A DNA stretch of 64,000 bases from Candidatus Latescibacterota bacterium. Lineage in GTDB: Bacteria; Latescibacterota; UBA2968; UBA8231. Of the stretch, positions 18,846-29,114 are shown piece after piece (position 1 is the first letter of the stretch; each line of letters starts with the position of its first letter). Location: assembly GCA_965204725.1 (NCBI GenBank), contig OZ242005.1, positions 2,656,001-2,720,000 on the forward strand, read 5' to 3'. Below the pieces are notes generated by a model. That model saw nothing but the letters and a program-made list of their open reading frames with translations. It did no database searches and was not told the origin of the DNA. The position numbers were made by a program, and so were the translations under genes.

Positions 18846-20530
18846 TGAACTCCTCCGGTGGGGTCGTCGTGCGGGTTTAGGGCGCGGCGCAGTTGGGCAA
18901 TACCCGCCGCGATGTCCGCGCCTAGATGGATGCGGAGCACGGCCCGCCCGCGATCGGCGAGGGCTTGGCGGTCGCCGAGGGCTTGGGCTTGGGCGAGGAC
19001 GCCGAAGGTGATGCTAGAGGCCGCGGCCCCCGCTTCGTCGGGAATCGGCGCGTCCTCGCCTGAGTCTGCCGTTAGCTGAATAAAAAGCCCGCGTCCGGCG
19101 TCGCCCTTGTGTAGTTGGCCAGTCGAATGCAGATAGCGCGGGCCAAAGCCGAGGGTTGTGGCTAGGCCGGTGCGCGCTAGTAGCTGGCGGCGCATGTACT
19201 GTAGGGCGGCGGTGGTCTCCGGGGTCGGCGGGAGATGCGCTTGCAGGGCAATGTACGCGCCTTTTCGGGCGTCGAGAAAGTGCGTTAGGGCCTCAGGCAA
19301 GGTGGTGCCCTGCACCGGTCCGTATAGCGCGAGGCCATCAACGAGATCGGGAGCGGGGGCGGGCAACGCACCGCATAGCTGATAAGCCGCGACCATCCGC
19401 CGGGCCTGTTCCTTGGCCCCCTCGACATCGGGCTGGTCGAAAGGATGAATGCCGAGGAAAAACCCGGCGATGGCTGCGGCCATTTCCCAGTGAAAGAAGG
19501 CTGCGCCGAGATCGTAGGCGTCCGCGAGTTGGAGGCACAAGAGGGGATGCCCGGCTGCGGCTATGGCTTGGGCGCGGGCATCGGCCTCCGCGTCCAACCG
19601 CAGATGGACGAAGAGCCGGTCAGGGCCGTAGGCGTGGGCTGGACATTCAGGCTCCAGATCGACCGGCAGCAGGCCCTTGCCATCTTTGCCGGTGCTCTCG
19701 GCGATGAGTTGCTCAATCCAAGCACCCAGCGGGCGGGCGGCGGGCGAAGCGATGAGGGTCAGCTTGTCGCGGCCAGCGAGGAACCCCGCGCCTAAAAAGG
19801 CACCGAGTTGGATGCCCGGTTGTGGATCGGCCGCGGCTCGCTCGGCCCGGTCGAGCAGACGGCCGAGATCCGCGCCAATGGCTCCGGCCGCGACCAAGCC
19901 ATAGTACGACAGGGCCGAGTAGCGCCCGCCGATGTCGGGGTCGTTGCGAAAGACGCGGCGGAAGCCGAGGCGGTGCGCGAGGGCTTCGAGGCCGCTGCCC
20001 GGGTCGGTGATAGCGGCGAAATGCCGTCCGGCTTCCTCTCGCCCGAGGGCGTCGGCCGTGCGGTTGTAAAAGTACTTGAGCAAGGACAGCGTCTCTACGG
20101 TGCCGCCGGACTTGGTCGCCGGGAGAAATAGGGTGCGGGCTGGGTCAAGGGTACGCGCTTGGGCCAAGACAGCGACGGGTTGGGTACTGTCGAGCACCGA
20201 GAGGTCGAGAAAACCATCGGCCACACCCAAGACCGCACGGAAAACCTCCGACGCGAGGCTAGAGCCGCCCATGCCCAACAGCAGGGCGTGGGTATAGCCA
20301 TCGGCGCGGACCTCGTCGATGAATTGGCCAACGGGGCCGATGGCGTCCCGCATGACGCGCGGGCTGTCGAGCCATCCGAGCCGATTGGCAATCTCGGTGG
20401 GGTCGGGCCGCCAGACCGTGTGATCGCGGGCGAGGATGCGCTCATAGACGCGCTCGGCCGCTAGACGCTCGCTGGCCCGCTGCACTTGAGCGGCAAAATC
20501 GGCCGAGGCCCAAAGGTTGGAAACCTGCAT
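18842..20530 (-). CDS. pgi: Glucose-6-phosphate isomerase (type also found in Tal-Pgi fusions)
   Basis: NRLGWL, GMGGSSL, TKSGGTVET, IGGRYSALS, EQLIAESTGK, PFDQPDVE, GPRYLHSTGQLHKG. Confidence 0.88.
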   Translation of the reverse strand: MQVSNLWASADFAAQVQRASERLAAERVYERILARDHTVWRPDPTEIANRLGWLDSPRVMRDAIGPVGQFIDEVRADGYTHALLLGMGGSSLASEVFRAVLGVADGFLDLSVLDSTQPVAVLAQARTLDPARTLFLPATKSGGTVETLSLLKYFYNRTADALGREEAGRHFAAITDPGSGLEALAHRLGFRRVFRNDPDIGGRYSALSYYGLVAAGAIGADLGRLLDRAERAAADPQPGIQLGAFLGAGFLAGRDKLTLIASPAARPLGAWIEQLIAESTGKDGKGLLPVDLEPECPAHAYGPDRLFVHLRLDAEADARAQAIAAAGHPLLCLQLADAYDLGAAFFHWEMAAAIAGFFLGIHPFDQPDVEGAKEQARRMVAAYQLCGALPAPAPDLVDGLALYGPVQGTTLPEALTHFLDARKGAYIALQAHLPPTPETTAALQYMRRQLLARTGLATTLGFGPRYLHSTGQLHKGDAGRGLFIQLTADSGEDAPIPDEAGAAASSITFGVLAQAQALGDRQALADRGRAVLRIHLGADIAAGIAQLRRALNPHDDPTGGVQ

Positions 20531-20702
20531 CGAAGGTCCTTGTCCTAAGAAGCTGAAGGAGGGGTCGCGTACTGTAGATCACTATCTTGTCTGCTGCGTT
20601 GGAAATGGTTAAAGAAAGTACGCGGTCAAATAGGGAAAGCAAACGACGCGATTCAGGGTAGTGGGTCGCCTCACTACGCGATACCAGCGGCCAGCTTTCC
20701 AC

Positions 20703-20750
20703 GGATCGAGGGCATCTTGCCCTCGTCGAGGGCGGGACGCCCTCGATCCC
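20703..20750. repeat. REP-like palindromic doublet
   Basis: GGATCGAGGGCATCTTGCCCTCG-T-CGAGGGCGGGACGCCCTCGATCC; each half is itself a hairpin and the halves are inverted. Confidence 0.65.
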
Positions 20751-20804
20751 GGATGCAGCGGGAACTGTAGAAAAGGCGTACTTAAAATCAGCGAGAGGAA
20801 CGCT

Positions 20805-21017
20805 ATGCCAGCGACACTCTACACAGACGATGGGGCGTATTTCGTCCGCTTGGGCAATGGTGTGGTACTCCGGTGGTGCCGCGAGGACGAGGAGTGGATT
20901 AAGGGGCGTTGCGAGTTGCCTAGCGGGGCTACGCCAATCGGCTTTGCGGCCCTGCCGGAGGCCCTGCGCGAAGAGGTGCTGGCGGTGTTGGCCCGCGCCG
21001 CGGCGGTGTCGCGCTAG
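20805..21017 (+). CDS. Small hypothetical protein (70 aa)
   Basis: RBS GAGAGGA before the ATG at 20805; MPATLYTDDGAYFVRLGNG...; the stop overlaps the addA stop. Confidence 0.6.
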   Translation: MPATLYTDDGAYFVRLGNGVVLRWCREDEEWIKGRCELPSGATPIGFAALPEALREEVLAVLARAAAVSR

Positions 21018-24000
21018 GTTTTGGCCGCGATGATCTGGGCGACGAGGTCGTCGAGGCGGGTGCGGACTGCGGCCAACTCGGCGGGTGTAAAGCGCACGAG
21101 ATGCTCCTCGTCTGTGTCAACAAAGTACAGGGTAGCGCGGTATTCGTCTTGGCCCGGGTAAAGACCCTGTAAGCAGAGGGCGTACATTTCCAATTGTAGT
21201 TGGTAGCGTTGCACTGACTCGGCTCGATTCGTGCGGTGGCCGGTTTTGTAGTCAACCAATTCCCACAACCCATCGGCCCCGCGTCCCATGTAATCAACCA
21301 CTCCATGTACCAACCCACGCGCTAGCGATAACGTAAAGCGCACTTCGGTCTGGGCCTCCGCTTGGGCGAGCCAGCGCGCGGCCAAGGGCGATTGACGGCA
21401 GCGGCGCAGCAGGACCGCCAACTCGCTCTCAAACGAAGCGCGATAGGATGCTACGGGCAAAGCAGCGGCCGCGACGAGGTCGGCCGCGAGATCGGCGGGA
21501 TCGGCATCCGGGCGGTTGCACAGGGCTTCTAAGCCGGCGTGGGCAAGCTGACCAAAGAGCATACCGCGGTGACGGGGCGCATCGACTTGGCCGAGGGGCC
21601 ACACCGGCAGGCCCAGCACATACTGGCGATGGTGCGCGGCCCGGTCCGCGGCAAAGAGGACCAACTCACTCGCGGCAAATTCGGGCCGGTCTTGGAGATC
21701 GTCGAGCGGCGACAGTAGGTCGAACTCTGGCGCGGGTGCTTGCACAGGCGCGGCGTCGAGGGCGCGAAAGGCCGGCTCGGCCACAGCGGTCGTCGCCGGG
21801 GCCGGAAACGCACTGGGATCGGTGTAGATGGGCAAGGGGGCTGGTACGCCGGCAACCTCCTTGGTGCCGCGAGCGAGATCGGCCTCGGTCAGGCCCAAGC
21901 TCCCACAAATCCAGCCGAGGCAGTCCACAGCCGTGCTGAGGTCGGCGGGGAGGTGCTTGTCGGTAAGCGCACCGCCGAGCAACAGGTGATCGCGGGCGCG
22001 GGTGCAAGCCACGTACAACAGGCGCTTCTCTTCGGCGTGCTGGCGGCGACGTGCGTTGCGGTTGATGAGGGCGCGGATATAGGATTGGACCGTTTTGTAA
22101 TCCTGCTCGGGGTCGCGCGTACTCAAGCCGATGCCCTTTTCCGCGTCGAGGAGGACAGGGTCGCTGCTTCCCAAGTTAAATCGCGCGGCCAAGTCGGGGA
22201 CTACGACGATGGGAAACTCCAAGCCCTTGGCCGCATGTACGGTTAGGATGTGCAAGGCGTCCGCCTCGAGGAGGGCCTCGCCCTCTTGTTCTTCTTCGGC
22301 CGTCAACAAATCGAGCCGAACCACGAAATCGGCGAGGGGACCGCGGAAGTCGCGGGCGAGGTCGAGGAGCTTTTCGACGTTGGCGATGGCCTGCTCTCCG
22401 CGCTCGCCATAGCAGAGAAAGCCCCAAGCCCCGGTGTCTTCGAGGACGGCGTGTAGAAGCTCGACGAGGGGCACACGGTCGCGCAACCCTCGCCAAGACT
22501 GGATCCGAGCGACCGCGTCCGCAGCGGCCTCTCGATCCGCCGGGGCGAGACGCTGCCGCCAGTCGGCGTCCTCTAGGTGCTCGGCCAGCCGCCCGCCACT
22601 GGGCGCGGTCAGCGCGTACAGGGCGTTGTCCGAGAGGCCAAAGTACGGCGAGCGCAACGCGCCCATCAGGGCGATGCTGTCGCCGGGGTTGCACAGGACG
22701 CGGAGGATATTGGCTAGATCGTAGATTTCCTGACGCTGGTAAAAGCCCCGGCCGCCGGCCACTTGGAAGGGGATGCCGCAGGCGCGCAGCGCGTCTTCAT
22801 ACGCGAAGAGGTTGCGGCGTCGGCGCAAAAGCAAGGCGATGTCCTTGGGCTCCGGTCGCCGCAAGTCCTCTCCGTCGGCGACCTGCAAATCGTCGCCCTC
22901 CAACAGGTGGCTCAGGCGGCGGGCCACGAGCTCGGCTTCGCGCCGCGCGGCTTCTGCTGAGTCGCGGCTATCCTCGGGCGGCAAGAGCAACAACTCGACC
23001 GAACCCGCGCTTACACTGCTGGAGCGGCACCCGACGAGCGGGTCGTAGCCGACCTGAAAAGGCTCGTCCGGGACCGCCTGCATGAACTTGGGAAAGAGCG
23101 CGTTGACAAAGGCAATGGGCTGGGCAAGAGTGCGAAAATTTTCGCCCATGACGAGGGCTCCGCGTCGCTGGGTAGGTGAGGCGTCGAGGACCTCGCCGTC
23201 GTCGCAAAAGGGCCGGGCATCGCGCTCGTGCGCGGCATTGGCCTCTTCAATGGCCTCGCGAACGCGGGCGAAGACCGTGACGTCGGCCGCGCGGAACGAG
23301 TAAATCGACTGCTTGGGATCGCCGACAATGAATAGCTTGTCGCCAGCCATTGGCCCGTCGGGCGACGCCAGCGAGCGGATGATTTCCCACTGCACGGGAT
23401 CGGTGTCTTGGAATTCGTCGATCAGCGCGAAACGATAGTGTTGGGCCAAGCGGTGGCGAATATCCGCGTCCGTAGCGATGAGTTGCTGGCTTTTCTCTAG
23501 GAGATCGTCCATGTCCAGCATCCGGCCGTTGCCCTTGCCGCGCTCACAGCGCTCATCGGCGCGGAGGAAGAGGCGCGACAGGGCGGGTAGCACGGCCGCG
23601 ACGCGCTCGTCGGCCGCCCCAAGTTCGCAGCCGAGGAGATCGGCGTGGGGCGCGAGGCAGCACCCCAAGGCGGGCACGAGTTCGCGCACCCGGGCCAGCG
23701 CGTCCGCGTCCCAATTGGATTTCTTGCCCAGTCGGCCGCCGCTCAAGGGCCTGCCATTAGTCAAAAGCCCCTCGGCGAGGCGCGGGAGGATCGCGACCGC
23801 CTCATCGAGCGGGGGCGTTTGGCTTAGCCGGCGCATGGGATCGCGGAGCGGAGCCAACCGCTCGACAGCCGAGTCGCGCTCATCGGTTCGGGGCGCGAGC
23901 GCGGCAAGCTCCGCGAGCATCGCAATAAAGTGAGGGTCGTCCAACAAGGCGTGACACGCGGGCGCACAGGCCGCTTGCTGCATCGCACGCCAGTCGCCGA

Positions 24001-24613
24001 GAATTTGGTCGGGCGATTGCTCAACGTAGCGGCGGCACCACGAGCGGGCGAGGTGCTTTTGCGCGAGCAGGCGTTGCAAGACCTGCTCGAGATAGCGACG
24101 CGGCCATTCGGCCAAGGTGCGCCGCAGGGCCGCTTTATCTTGGTCGGAGTCTTGCGTCCGGGCCAAGGACTCTAGGGTTTGGCGCACCGCTTGAGACCTA
24201 AGCTGCGCAGCATCTACTTCCTCCAAGACTGCAAAGGCCGGGTCCACATCCGCTTCAATGGGGTACTCGCGCAACAGCGCGGCACAAAAGGCGTGAATGG
24301 TGGAAATGCGGGCGGCAGGCAACTCTTCGCGAATTTGCCGCAAGCGCTGCCTTTCTGGTTCGGACAACGCTTGGGCGAGCCCGTCGGACAGCCGCTGGGC
24401 GATGCGCTCGCGCATTTCCGCCGCGGCCTTTTGGGTAAAGGTAATGGCCAGCACTTGGCGCACGCCGATGTCGGGATGTTGGAGCAATAGCTCGATATAG
24501 CGCTCGACGAGCGTTGCGGTCTTGCCAGCACCGGCACTAGCGGTGACCGCGATATTGCGCTGACTGTCGAGGGCCATGCGCTGGACTGGCGTCAGGGGGA
24601 CAGCGCGCTTCAC
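21014..24613 (-). CDS. addA: AddA-like UvrD helicase/RecB-type nuclease
   Basis: ASAGAGKT, ITFTQKAAAEM, DEFQDT, VGDPKQSIYSFR, TVHAAKGLEF, LYVACTRA, VVD...VDYKTG. The GTG start overlaps the addB stop (GTGA). Confidence 0.9.
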   Translation of the reverse strand: MKRAVPLTPVQRMALDSQRNIAVTASAGAGKTATLVERYIELLLQHPDIGVRQVLAITFTQKAAAEMRERIAQRLSDGLAQALSEPERQRLRQIREELPAARISTIHAFCAALLREYPIEADVDPAFAVLEEVDAAQLRSQAVRQTLESLARTQDSDQDKAALRRTLAEWPRRYLEQVLQRLLAQKHLARSWCRRYVEQSPDQILGDWRAMQQAACAPACHALLDDPHFIAMLAELAALAPRTDERDSAVERLAPLRDPMRRLSQTPPLDEAVAILPRLAEGLLTNGRPLSGGRLGKKSNWDADALARVRELVPALGCCLAPHADLLGCELGAADERVAAVLPALSRLFLRADERCERGKGNGRMLDMDDLLEKSQQLIATDADIRHRLAQHYRFALIDEFQDTDPVQWEIIRSLASPDGPMAGDKLFIVGDPKQSIYSFRAADVTVFARVREAIEEANAAHERDARPFCDDGEVLDASPTQRRGALVMGENFRTLAQPIAFVNALFPKFMQAVPDEPFQVGYDPLVGCRSSSVSAGSVELLLLPPEDSRDSAEAARREAELVARRLSHLLEGDDLQVADGEDLRRPEPKDIALLLRRRRNLFAYEDALRACGIPFQVAGGRGFYQRQEIYDLANILRVLCNPGDSIALMGALRSPYFGLSDNALYALTAPSGGRLAEHLEDADWRQRLAPADREAAADAVARIQSWRGLRDRVPLVELLHAVLEDTGAWGFLCYGERGEQAIANVEKLLDLARDFRGPLADFVVRLDLLTAEEEQEGEALLEADALHILTVHAAKGLEFPIVVVPDLAARFNLGSSDPVLLDAEKGIGLSTRDPEQDYKTVQSYIRALINRNARRRQHAEEKRLLYVACTRARDHLLLGGALTDKHLPADLSTAVDCLGWICGSLGLTEADLARGTKEVAGVPAPLPIYTDPSAFPAPATTAVAEPAFRALDAAPVQAPAPEFDLLSPLDDLQDRPEFAASELVLFAADRAAHHRQYVLGLPVWPLGQVDAPRHRGMLFGQLAHAGLEALCNRPDADPADLAADLVAAAALPVASYRASFESELAVLLRRCRQSPLAARWLAQAEAQTEVRFTLSLARGLVHGVVDYMGRGADGLWELVDYKTGHRTNRAESVQRYQLQLEMYALCLQGLYPGQDEYRATLYFVDTDEEHLVRFTPAELAAVRTRLDDLVAQIIAAKT

Positions 24614-27600
24614 GATTGCAAGGCCCGCACGCGCTGGGGGTCGAGGCGGCAGCTTTGTTGATAGGGGCAGTGCGGACAAATTTTGGCCGGATCGTGGGCG
24701 GTGACGCGAAATACCCCTCGGCGCATGGATCGGGCGTACGAAAGGACGAAGCCGCGCACGGCGTCGAGCCGCTGGCGATACTCCTCGGAGTCGTAAATGC
24801 CGTGGCGACCGCTGGCGACATAGGCTGTATTGCGGTGGGCGGCATCGGCGAACAGCCCCCTGCGGCCACAGTCCGCTAGGTCGCGGAGCATCAGGTACGC
24901 CGCCCCGGCCCCTTGTCGCAGCCCGAGCTCCCCGAACAGGGATTCAGCCGCTAGCAAGTAGAGCGGGAGTTGGAGGTTGAGGCCGGTGTCAATATCGGCC
25001 CCAGCGGGCATGCGGCCGGTTTTGTAGTCAAAGACGACGAAGCGGCCATCGGCCGTGCGGTCAATGCGGTCGATCTTGCCGGACAGGCGCACCTCATCGC
25101 CAGTCTCTGGATCGCCGATCGCATAGGGCGTGGGGGTCGATCTCCGGTCGCTGTCTCCTATGCCGGGATAGCTGCCAAAGCTCAGCTCAAAATGGGTCGG
25201 CACGGCTGGGTCGGCCCCGGCCGCTTGCAGCCGGAGGAAGCGGGGCAAAATGCCCTCGCGCTCCCCGTCGTCGCCGAGCAGGTGCTCTAATTCCCGATCC
25301 CAGAAAAAGCCGGTAAGCCTCATCTCCTCGGCGACTTGGCGGCCACAGTCACGCAACTCCGCGACGTTGGTCGCCAAGTTTTCCGGGCGTTCAGCCGCTT
25401 CGCCGTGGGCGTTATAGAAATCGTAGAGGATGCGGTGGACGAGGTTGCCGCGCTTGAGCGCGGTGTCGTCGGCTTCCGGGTCGTGGAGAGGCTGGAGCCC
25501 GAGCAGGTCGCGGGCGAAAAACCGGAAGGGGCAGCGGCCGTACAGCTCCAGTTGGGTCGCGGAGAAGGAGTGGCCCACGCCGAGGCGGGTGCGCAGCGCG
25601 GCGAGCTGAGACGCCTCGTCGAGTACGCCTTCGTACCGACTGAACCCCTCGGGACTGGTGCGCTGTGCGGCGACCTGCAAGCCGCGCACGAGATGCGCGG
25701 TGGCGTGGGCGTCGACCCGCACCATTGCGCCGTACAGAGCGAGGGCGTCATGATCGCGCTCCGCGCACAGGCCGCGGCCCAAGGCGCGGTGCAACTCGCC
25801 TCGGGTGCCCGGCATCCTACCGGCATCGTCCGCCGCAGGCTGCGGCCCGAGCAGGTCATCTAGCTCGGTGATAAAAGGCGAGGGAGCGAGCACCTCGCGG
25901 CCCGACTGCTGGGGATAGAAGACGCTGAGGCCGCGGCGCGGCGCACACACGGCGCGGTAAAACAGCAAGCGCTCGGCCGCGGTGGTCGCGTCCTCGTCCA
26001 AACTCAGGGCGCGACGCTGAGCCTCTTCGAGAAAAATATCGGCCGGCGGTACGCGGGGAAATTCGCCCTGCACCAGCCCGCCTAAGAAGAGGTAATCGCA
26101 GGGCGCACTGCCCGCCGCAACGAGGTCGGTCACTTGAATGCCAGCGTGCGTTGCGGAAGGGACGTGCGCTTGGGCGACGGCCTCGCGCAGCAGGTCGGCG
26201 AACTGGCTCAGGGTGCGGGGCTGCTCGGCCGCGGCCGGCGCACACAGTTCGTCGAGCAGCTCCAAAAAGCGCGTTAGGGCGCGGCCGTCTTCTGTCGCCC
26301 CCTCCGCGAGGGCATCCTCTACGCCCAACGCGCTGAGGGCGTGGAGCATGTTATGGCGGAAGGAGGGCAGGGCTTGGCGGCGCTCCAAGGGCTGGAGCAG
26401 GTCAAAGAGCGCGGTCAGGCTGGCTCGGAGAGGCTGGAGGGCCTCCTGCTCGGCGCGCAGGGACTCGTGCCAAGCGGCGCGATCGTCGATTTCTTCGGAG
26501 ACAGGTTCGTCTTTGCGCTCGAGTTCGCGCTCTAAGTAGGCGAAGGTGTCGTCAATGGCTGCGAGCCACGCGCCGCGCCCGGTCAGTGGGGGAACTTTGC
26601 GGGTCCACGCGGCGAAGTCCGCGGCCGAAAGCGTGTTCGTCTGACCTTCAAATGCGTAGCTCAGGCGCACCAAGGGCAAGCTGAGTAGGCGGAAGATCGC
26701 GGCGCGGCTGTAGCGCTCTAGCACTGCGTCGATGAGCGCAAAGACCGTGTTCATGGCCGGTGCGGTGGCAAGGGGCCGACCGCGCACGAGGTAAAAAGGC
26801 AGGCCGTGACGCGGCAGCACTTCTGCCACGAGCTCGGCATAGGAGTCGAGGTTGCGGAAGCCGATGCGGATCTGGCCGAGCTCGACCCCTTGCTCTTGAT
26901 GCAACCGACGAATACGGCGGGCCATCGCCGCAACTTCCCCGACTCGGTCGGGGCAGGCCACCCGCTCTACGGCTGCGGCGCAATGGTCGCGGCTATGCGT
27001 GAAGAGGCTACCGGCAAACGCGGCGGCCGGATGCTGCTCACCCGCGCTGGATTCGACGCGGACAGCGCGGGCGCGGAGCCATTCGTACAACGGGCGCGTG
27101 CGGGCAAAAAAGCTAGGCCCCTCCGGGTCGTAGTCGAGCAAGGCGATGGATTCTGGAACGAGGGCGAGCAGCTTGTCTAGCAAGGGCAAAAAAGGGGCGG
27201 GCACTTCTACAAACCCGCTGAACACGAGCAATTTGAGGCCGGGAAAACGCTGGTCGAGCACCGAGCGGTCGAGGTGGCTATTCACGGCGGCAAAACGCGC
27301 CCGCCGCCCGCTCCAGCCCGCCGCGAGCCGCGCTAGATACGCCTCATACAGGGCCTGCAATTCCGCGCTGCGCCGAGTGGTCCCTCCTAGATCACTCGGC
27401 TCGATGCCCAATTCCTCCAGCCGACGGAACAGTTGAGCCAGCCCCCGGGCCAGCCGCTCGGGTCGGCGGCTGTAATAGGGCGCACTGGCCGCGCTGGCCG
27501 CGAGCGCGTCTTCGACTAAGAGCACCTCGGCACTCAGGGGCAGGGCCGCTCGCCGGCCGGGACAGAGGCTGTAGAGGATGTCGATGAAAGCGTTTAGATC

Positions 27601-27801
27601 GAGGGCCAAGTACCCGGTGAGTAGGCCAGTGGAACGGGCGCGGGCGAGTTGCCGCCGCATGAGTTGGGCTTGGAAGCGCGATGGAACGAGCCAGAGAAAG
27701 GCCCGGCTATCGCCAGCACTGAGCAACGCCGAGCAGCACTCGGACGCAGGCGATGCCTTGTCGGGATGGGCCGGGCCGTAGATGAGGTTCAATTCGCCCA
27801 T
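24610..27801 (-). CDS. addB: AddB-like PD-(D/E)XK nuclease with Fe-S cluster
   Basis: SATQLELYGRCPF, GKIDRID, DYKTG, QLPLY, CPHCPYQQSC; coupled to addA. Confidence 0.85.
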   Translation of the reverse strand: MGELNLIYGPAHPDKASPASECCSALLSAGDSRAFLWLVPSRFQAQLMRRQLARARSTGLLTGYLALDLNAFIDILYSLCPGRRAALPLSAEVLLVEDALAASAASAPYYSRRPERLARGLAQLFRRLEELGIEPSDLGGTTRRSAELQALYEAYLARLAAGWSGRRARFAAVNSHLDRSVLDQRFPGLKLLVFSGFVEVPAPFLPLLDKLLALVPESIALLDYDPEGPSFFARTRPLYEWLRARAVRVESSAGEQHPAAAFAGSLFTHSRDHCAAAVERVACPDRVGEVAAMARRIRRLHQEQGVELGQIRIGFRNLDSYAELVAEVLPRHGLPFYLVRGRPLATAPAMNTVFALIDAVLERYSRAAIFRLLSLPLVRLSYAFEGQTNTLSAADFAAWTRKVPPLTGRGAWLAAIDDTFAYLERELERKDEPVSEEIDDRAAWHESLRAEQEALQPLRASLTALFDLLQPLERRQALPSFRHNMLHALSALGVEDALAEGATEDGRALTRFLELLDELCAPAAAEQPRTLSQFADLLREAVAQAHVPSATHAGIQVTDLVAAGSAPCDYLFLGGLVQGEFPRVPPADIFLEEAQRRALSLDEDATTAAERLLFYRAVCAPRRGLSVFYPQQSGREVLAPSPFITELDDLLGPQPAADDAGRMPGTRGELHRALGRGLCAERDHDALALYGAMVRVDAHATAHLVRGLQVAAQRTSPEGFSRYEGVLDEASQLAALRTRLGVGHSFSATQLELYGRCPFRFFARDLLGLQPLHDPEADDTALKRGNLVHRILYDFYNAHGEAAERPENLATNVAELRDCGRQVAEEMRLTGFFWDRELEHLLGDDGEREGILPRFLRLQAAGADPAVPTHFELSFGSYPGIGDSDRRSTPTPYAIGDPETGDEVRLSGKIDRIDRTADGRFVVFDYKTGRMPAGADIDTGLNLQLPLYLLAAESLFGELGLRQGAGAAYLMLRDLADCGRRGLFADAAHRNTAYVASGRHGIYDSEEYRQRLDAVRGFVLSYARSMRRGVFRVTAHDPAKICPHCPYQQSCRLDPQRVRALQS

Positions 27802-27948
27802 GAGCAGCAGGTTGGGGGTGAAATGGAGGGGCGCGTTGCCAACGTATCGCCCAAGAAAAACACTGTCAAGCCGCACGCTGCGCCGTGCGTTGACATAGAA
27901 CGGGGCAGGTCGCTTTTTATGCCCCGCGGCCTAGCCGCGCTTTTCTTA

Positions 27949-28088
27949 TAGAGGCGGTCTGAAAACCCACCTTGGGGCATGTTGAACAAGCCGCAGAGAC
28001 CGTCTGCGTCATTCCCGCGAAAGCGGGAATCCAGCCGGGATCGGTTAGACGCAAAGGACGACCACCAGAGTCTTCAGACCGCTTCTTA
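27949..28088. mobile_element. MITE (TIR GARGCNNTCTGAA), copy carrying a REP
   Basis: Inverted copy of 60649..60753 plus 36 extra nt (28001-28036). Confidence 0.8.
28008..28034 (+). repeat. dRS3-like REP GTCATTCCCGCGAAAGCGGGAATCCAG
   Basis: ATTCCC-N8-GGGAAT hairpin; exact inverse copy at 30761-30787. Confidence 0.85.
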
Positions 28089-28101
28089 GGTGGAATTCGC
28101 A

Positions 28102-29112
28102 ATGAAAAAATGGACTGCTGCCTTGCTCTTGTGGTGGAGTTGCGCCCCCCTGACCTCTCCGGCGGGCGGCCCGGAAGAATGGCAAAAACCCGAGCCACCG
28201 CCCCCACCGCCGAGCGCGTTAGAGCAATACCTGAAGGCGCGCCAGCACTATGGCCTCGGCCCTCGGCCCGACTTTGTGGCCGTGGTGCCCTTTGTCGATG
28301 AATCGGGGTTTCGCGAGGGCGTGTGGAACCTCGAATACGAACTGGCCAACATGGTCAGCGCGGAGCTAGCGCCCGTGCGGAATTGGGAGGTCGTCCCTTT
28401 TGACGCCGTGGCTGAGTTGGCCTTGGAGTGGGGGTTTGCCAGCCTTGAGAAAGCCCTCGCGATCGGGCGCGAGCTAGAGGCTGATTTCGTCGTCGTGGGC
28501 CTTTTGCAAGACTACGACATGCGCCGCCTGTCAGTGGGAGATCCCTTGTTGGGCGGATACAAATCCTATTCGGCCACGGCGCAGATGCGCGTCGAGATCG
28601 CACGGGTTGACGACGGCAGCGCGATCGGTCATGCCGAGGCCCAACGCGCACTCACCGACCGCGACTTGGGGCTCGACCTGTTGGGCAAGCCGCGCGAGCA
28701 GGACTTGCAGTTTGCCGGATTAAAGGAGCTAGCATTTGGCTCGGAGCCGTTCCGCCAAACCCTGTTGGGTCAAGCCACAGTAGAGGCCGTAGGCGAGTTG
28801 GTCCACAAGGTGGCTACGGCTTTCGAGCCGGAGGGCTTGGTGTTTACAGGCGATGCGCCCGAGGTCATCGCCGTATATAGCGAGGACATTTACGCCAATA
28901 TCGGCAGCGATCACGGCGTGCGGCCGCGATTGCGCTTTTTCGTCTATCCGAGCGACGCCCGGGTAGAGGCCGAGGGGCTGGCGTCCGCAGAGTCCGTCGC
29001 CCTCGTCGAAGTCGCCGAAATCATCAGCACCCGGCTCGCCAGCTTGCGGGTGCTCCGCGCCACCGGGACGATCAAGCCCGGCGACCGGCTCAAGTTGGCC
29101 GAAGGAGAATAG
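28102..29112 (+). CDS. Exported protein, CsgG/FlgT-like fold suspected
   Basis: Signal-like MKKWTAALLLWWSCAP; VAVVPFVD..., AIGRELEADFVVVG; C-terminal IYANIGSDHGV...IKPGD. Confidence 0.55.
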   Translation: MKKWTAALLLWWSCAPLTSPAGGPEEWQKPEPPPPPPSALEQYLKARQHYGLGPRPDFVAVVPFVDESGFREGVWNLEYELANMVSAELAPVRNWEVVPFDAVAELALEWGFASLEKALAIGRELEADFVVVGLLQDYDMRRLSVGDPLLGGYKSYSATAQMRVEIARVDDGSAIGHAEAQRALTDRDLGLDLLGKPREQDLQFAGLKELAFGSEPFRQTLLGQATVEAVGELVHKVATAFEPEGLVFTGDAPEVIAVYSEDIYANIGSDHGVRPRLRFFVYPSDARVEAEGLASAESVALVEVAEIISTRLASLRVLRATGTIKPGDRLKLAEGE

Positions 29113-29114
29113 CG

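Noticed and set aside
24610-25600. Cas4-like Fe-S nuclease or novel defence helicase-nuclease pair
   Set aside because: It is the C-terminal domain of AddB in a normal addBA operon. The degenerate N-terminal P-loop (GPAHPDKA) is unsurprising because AddB helicase domains are inactive.
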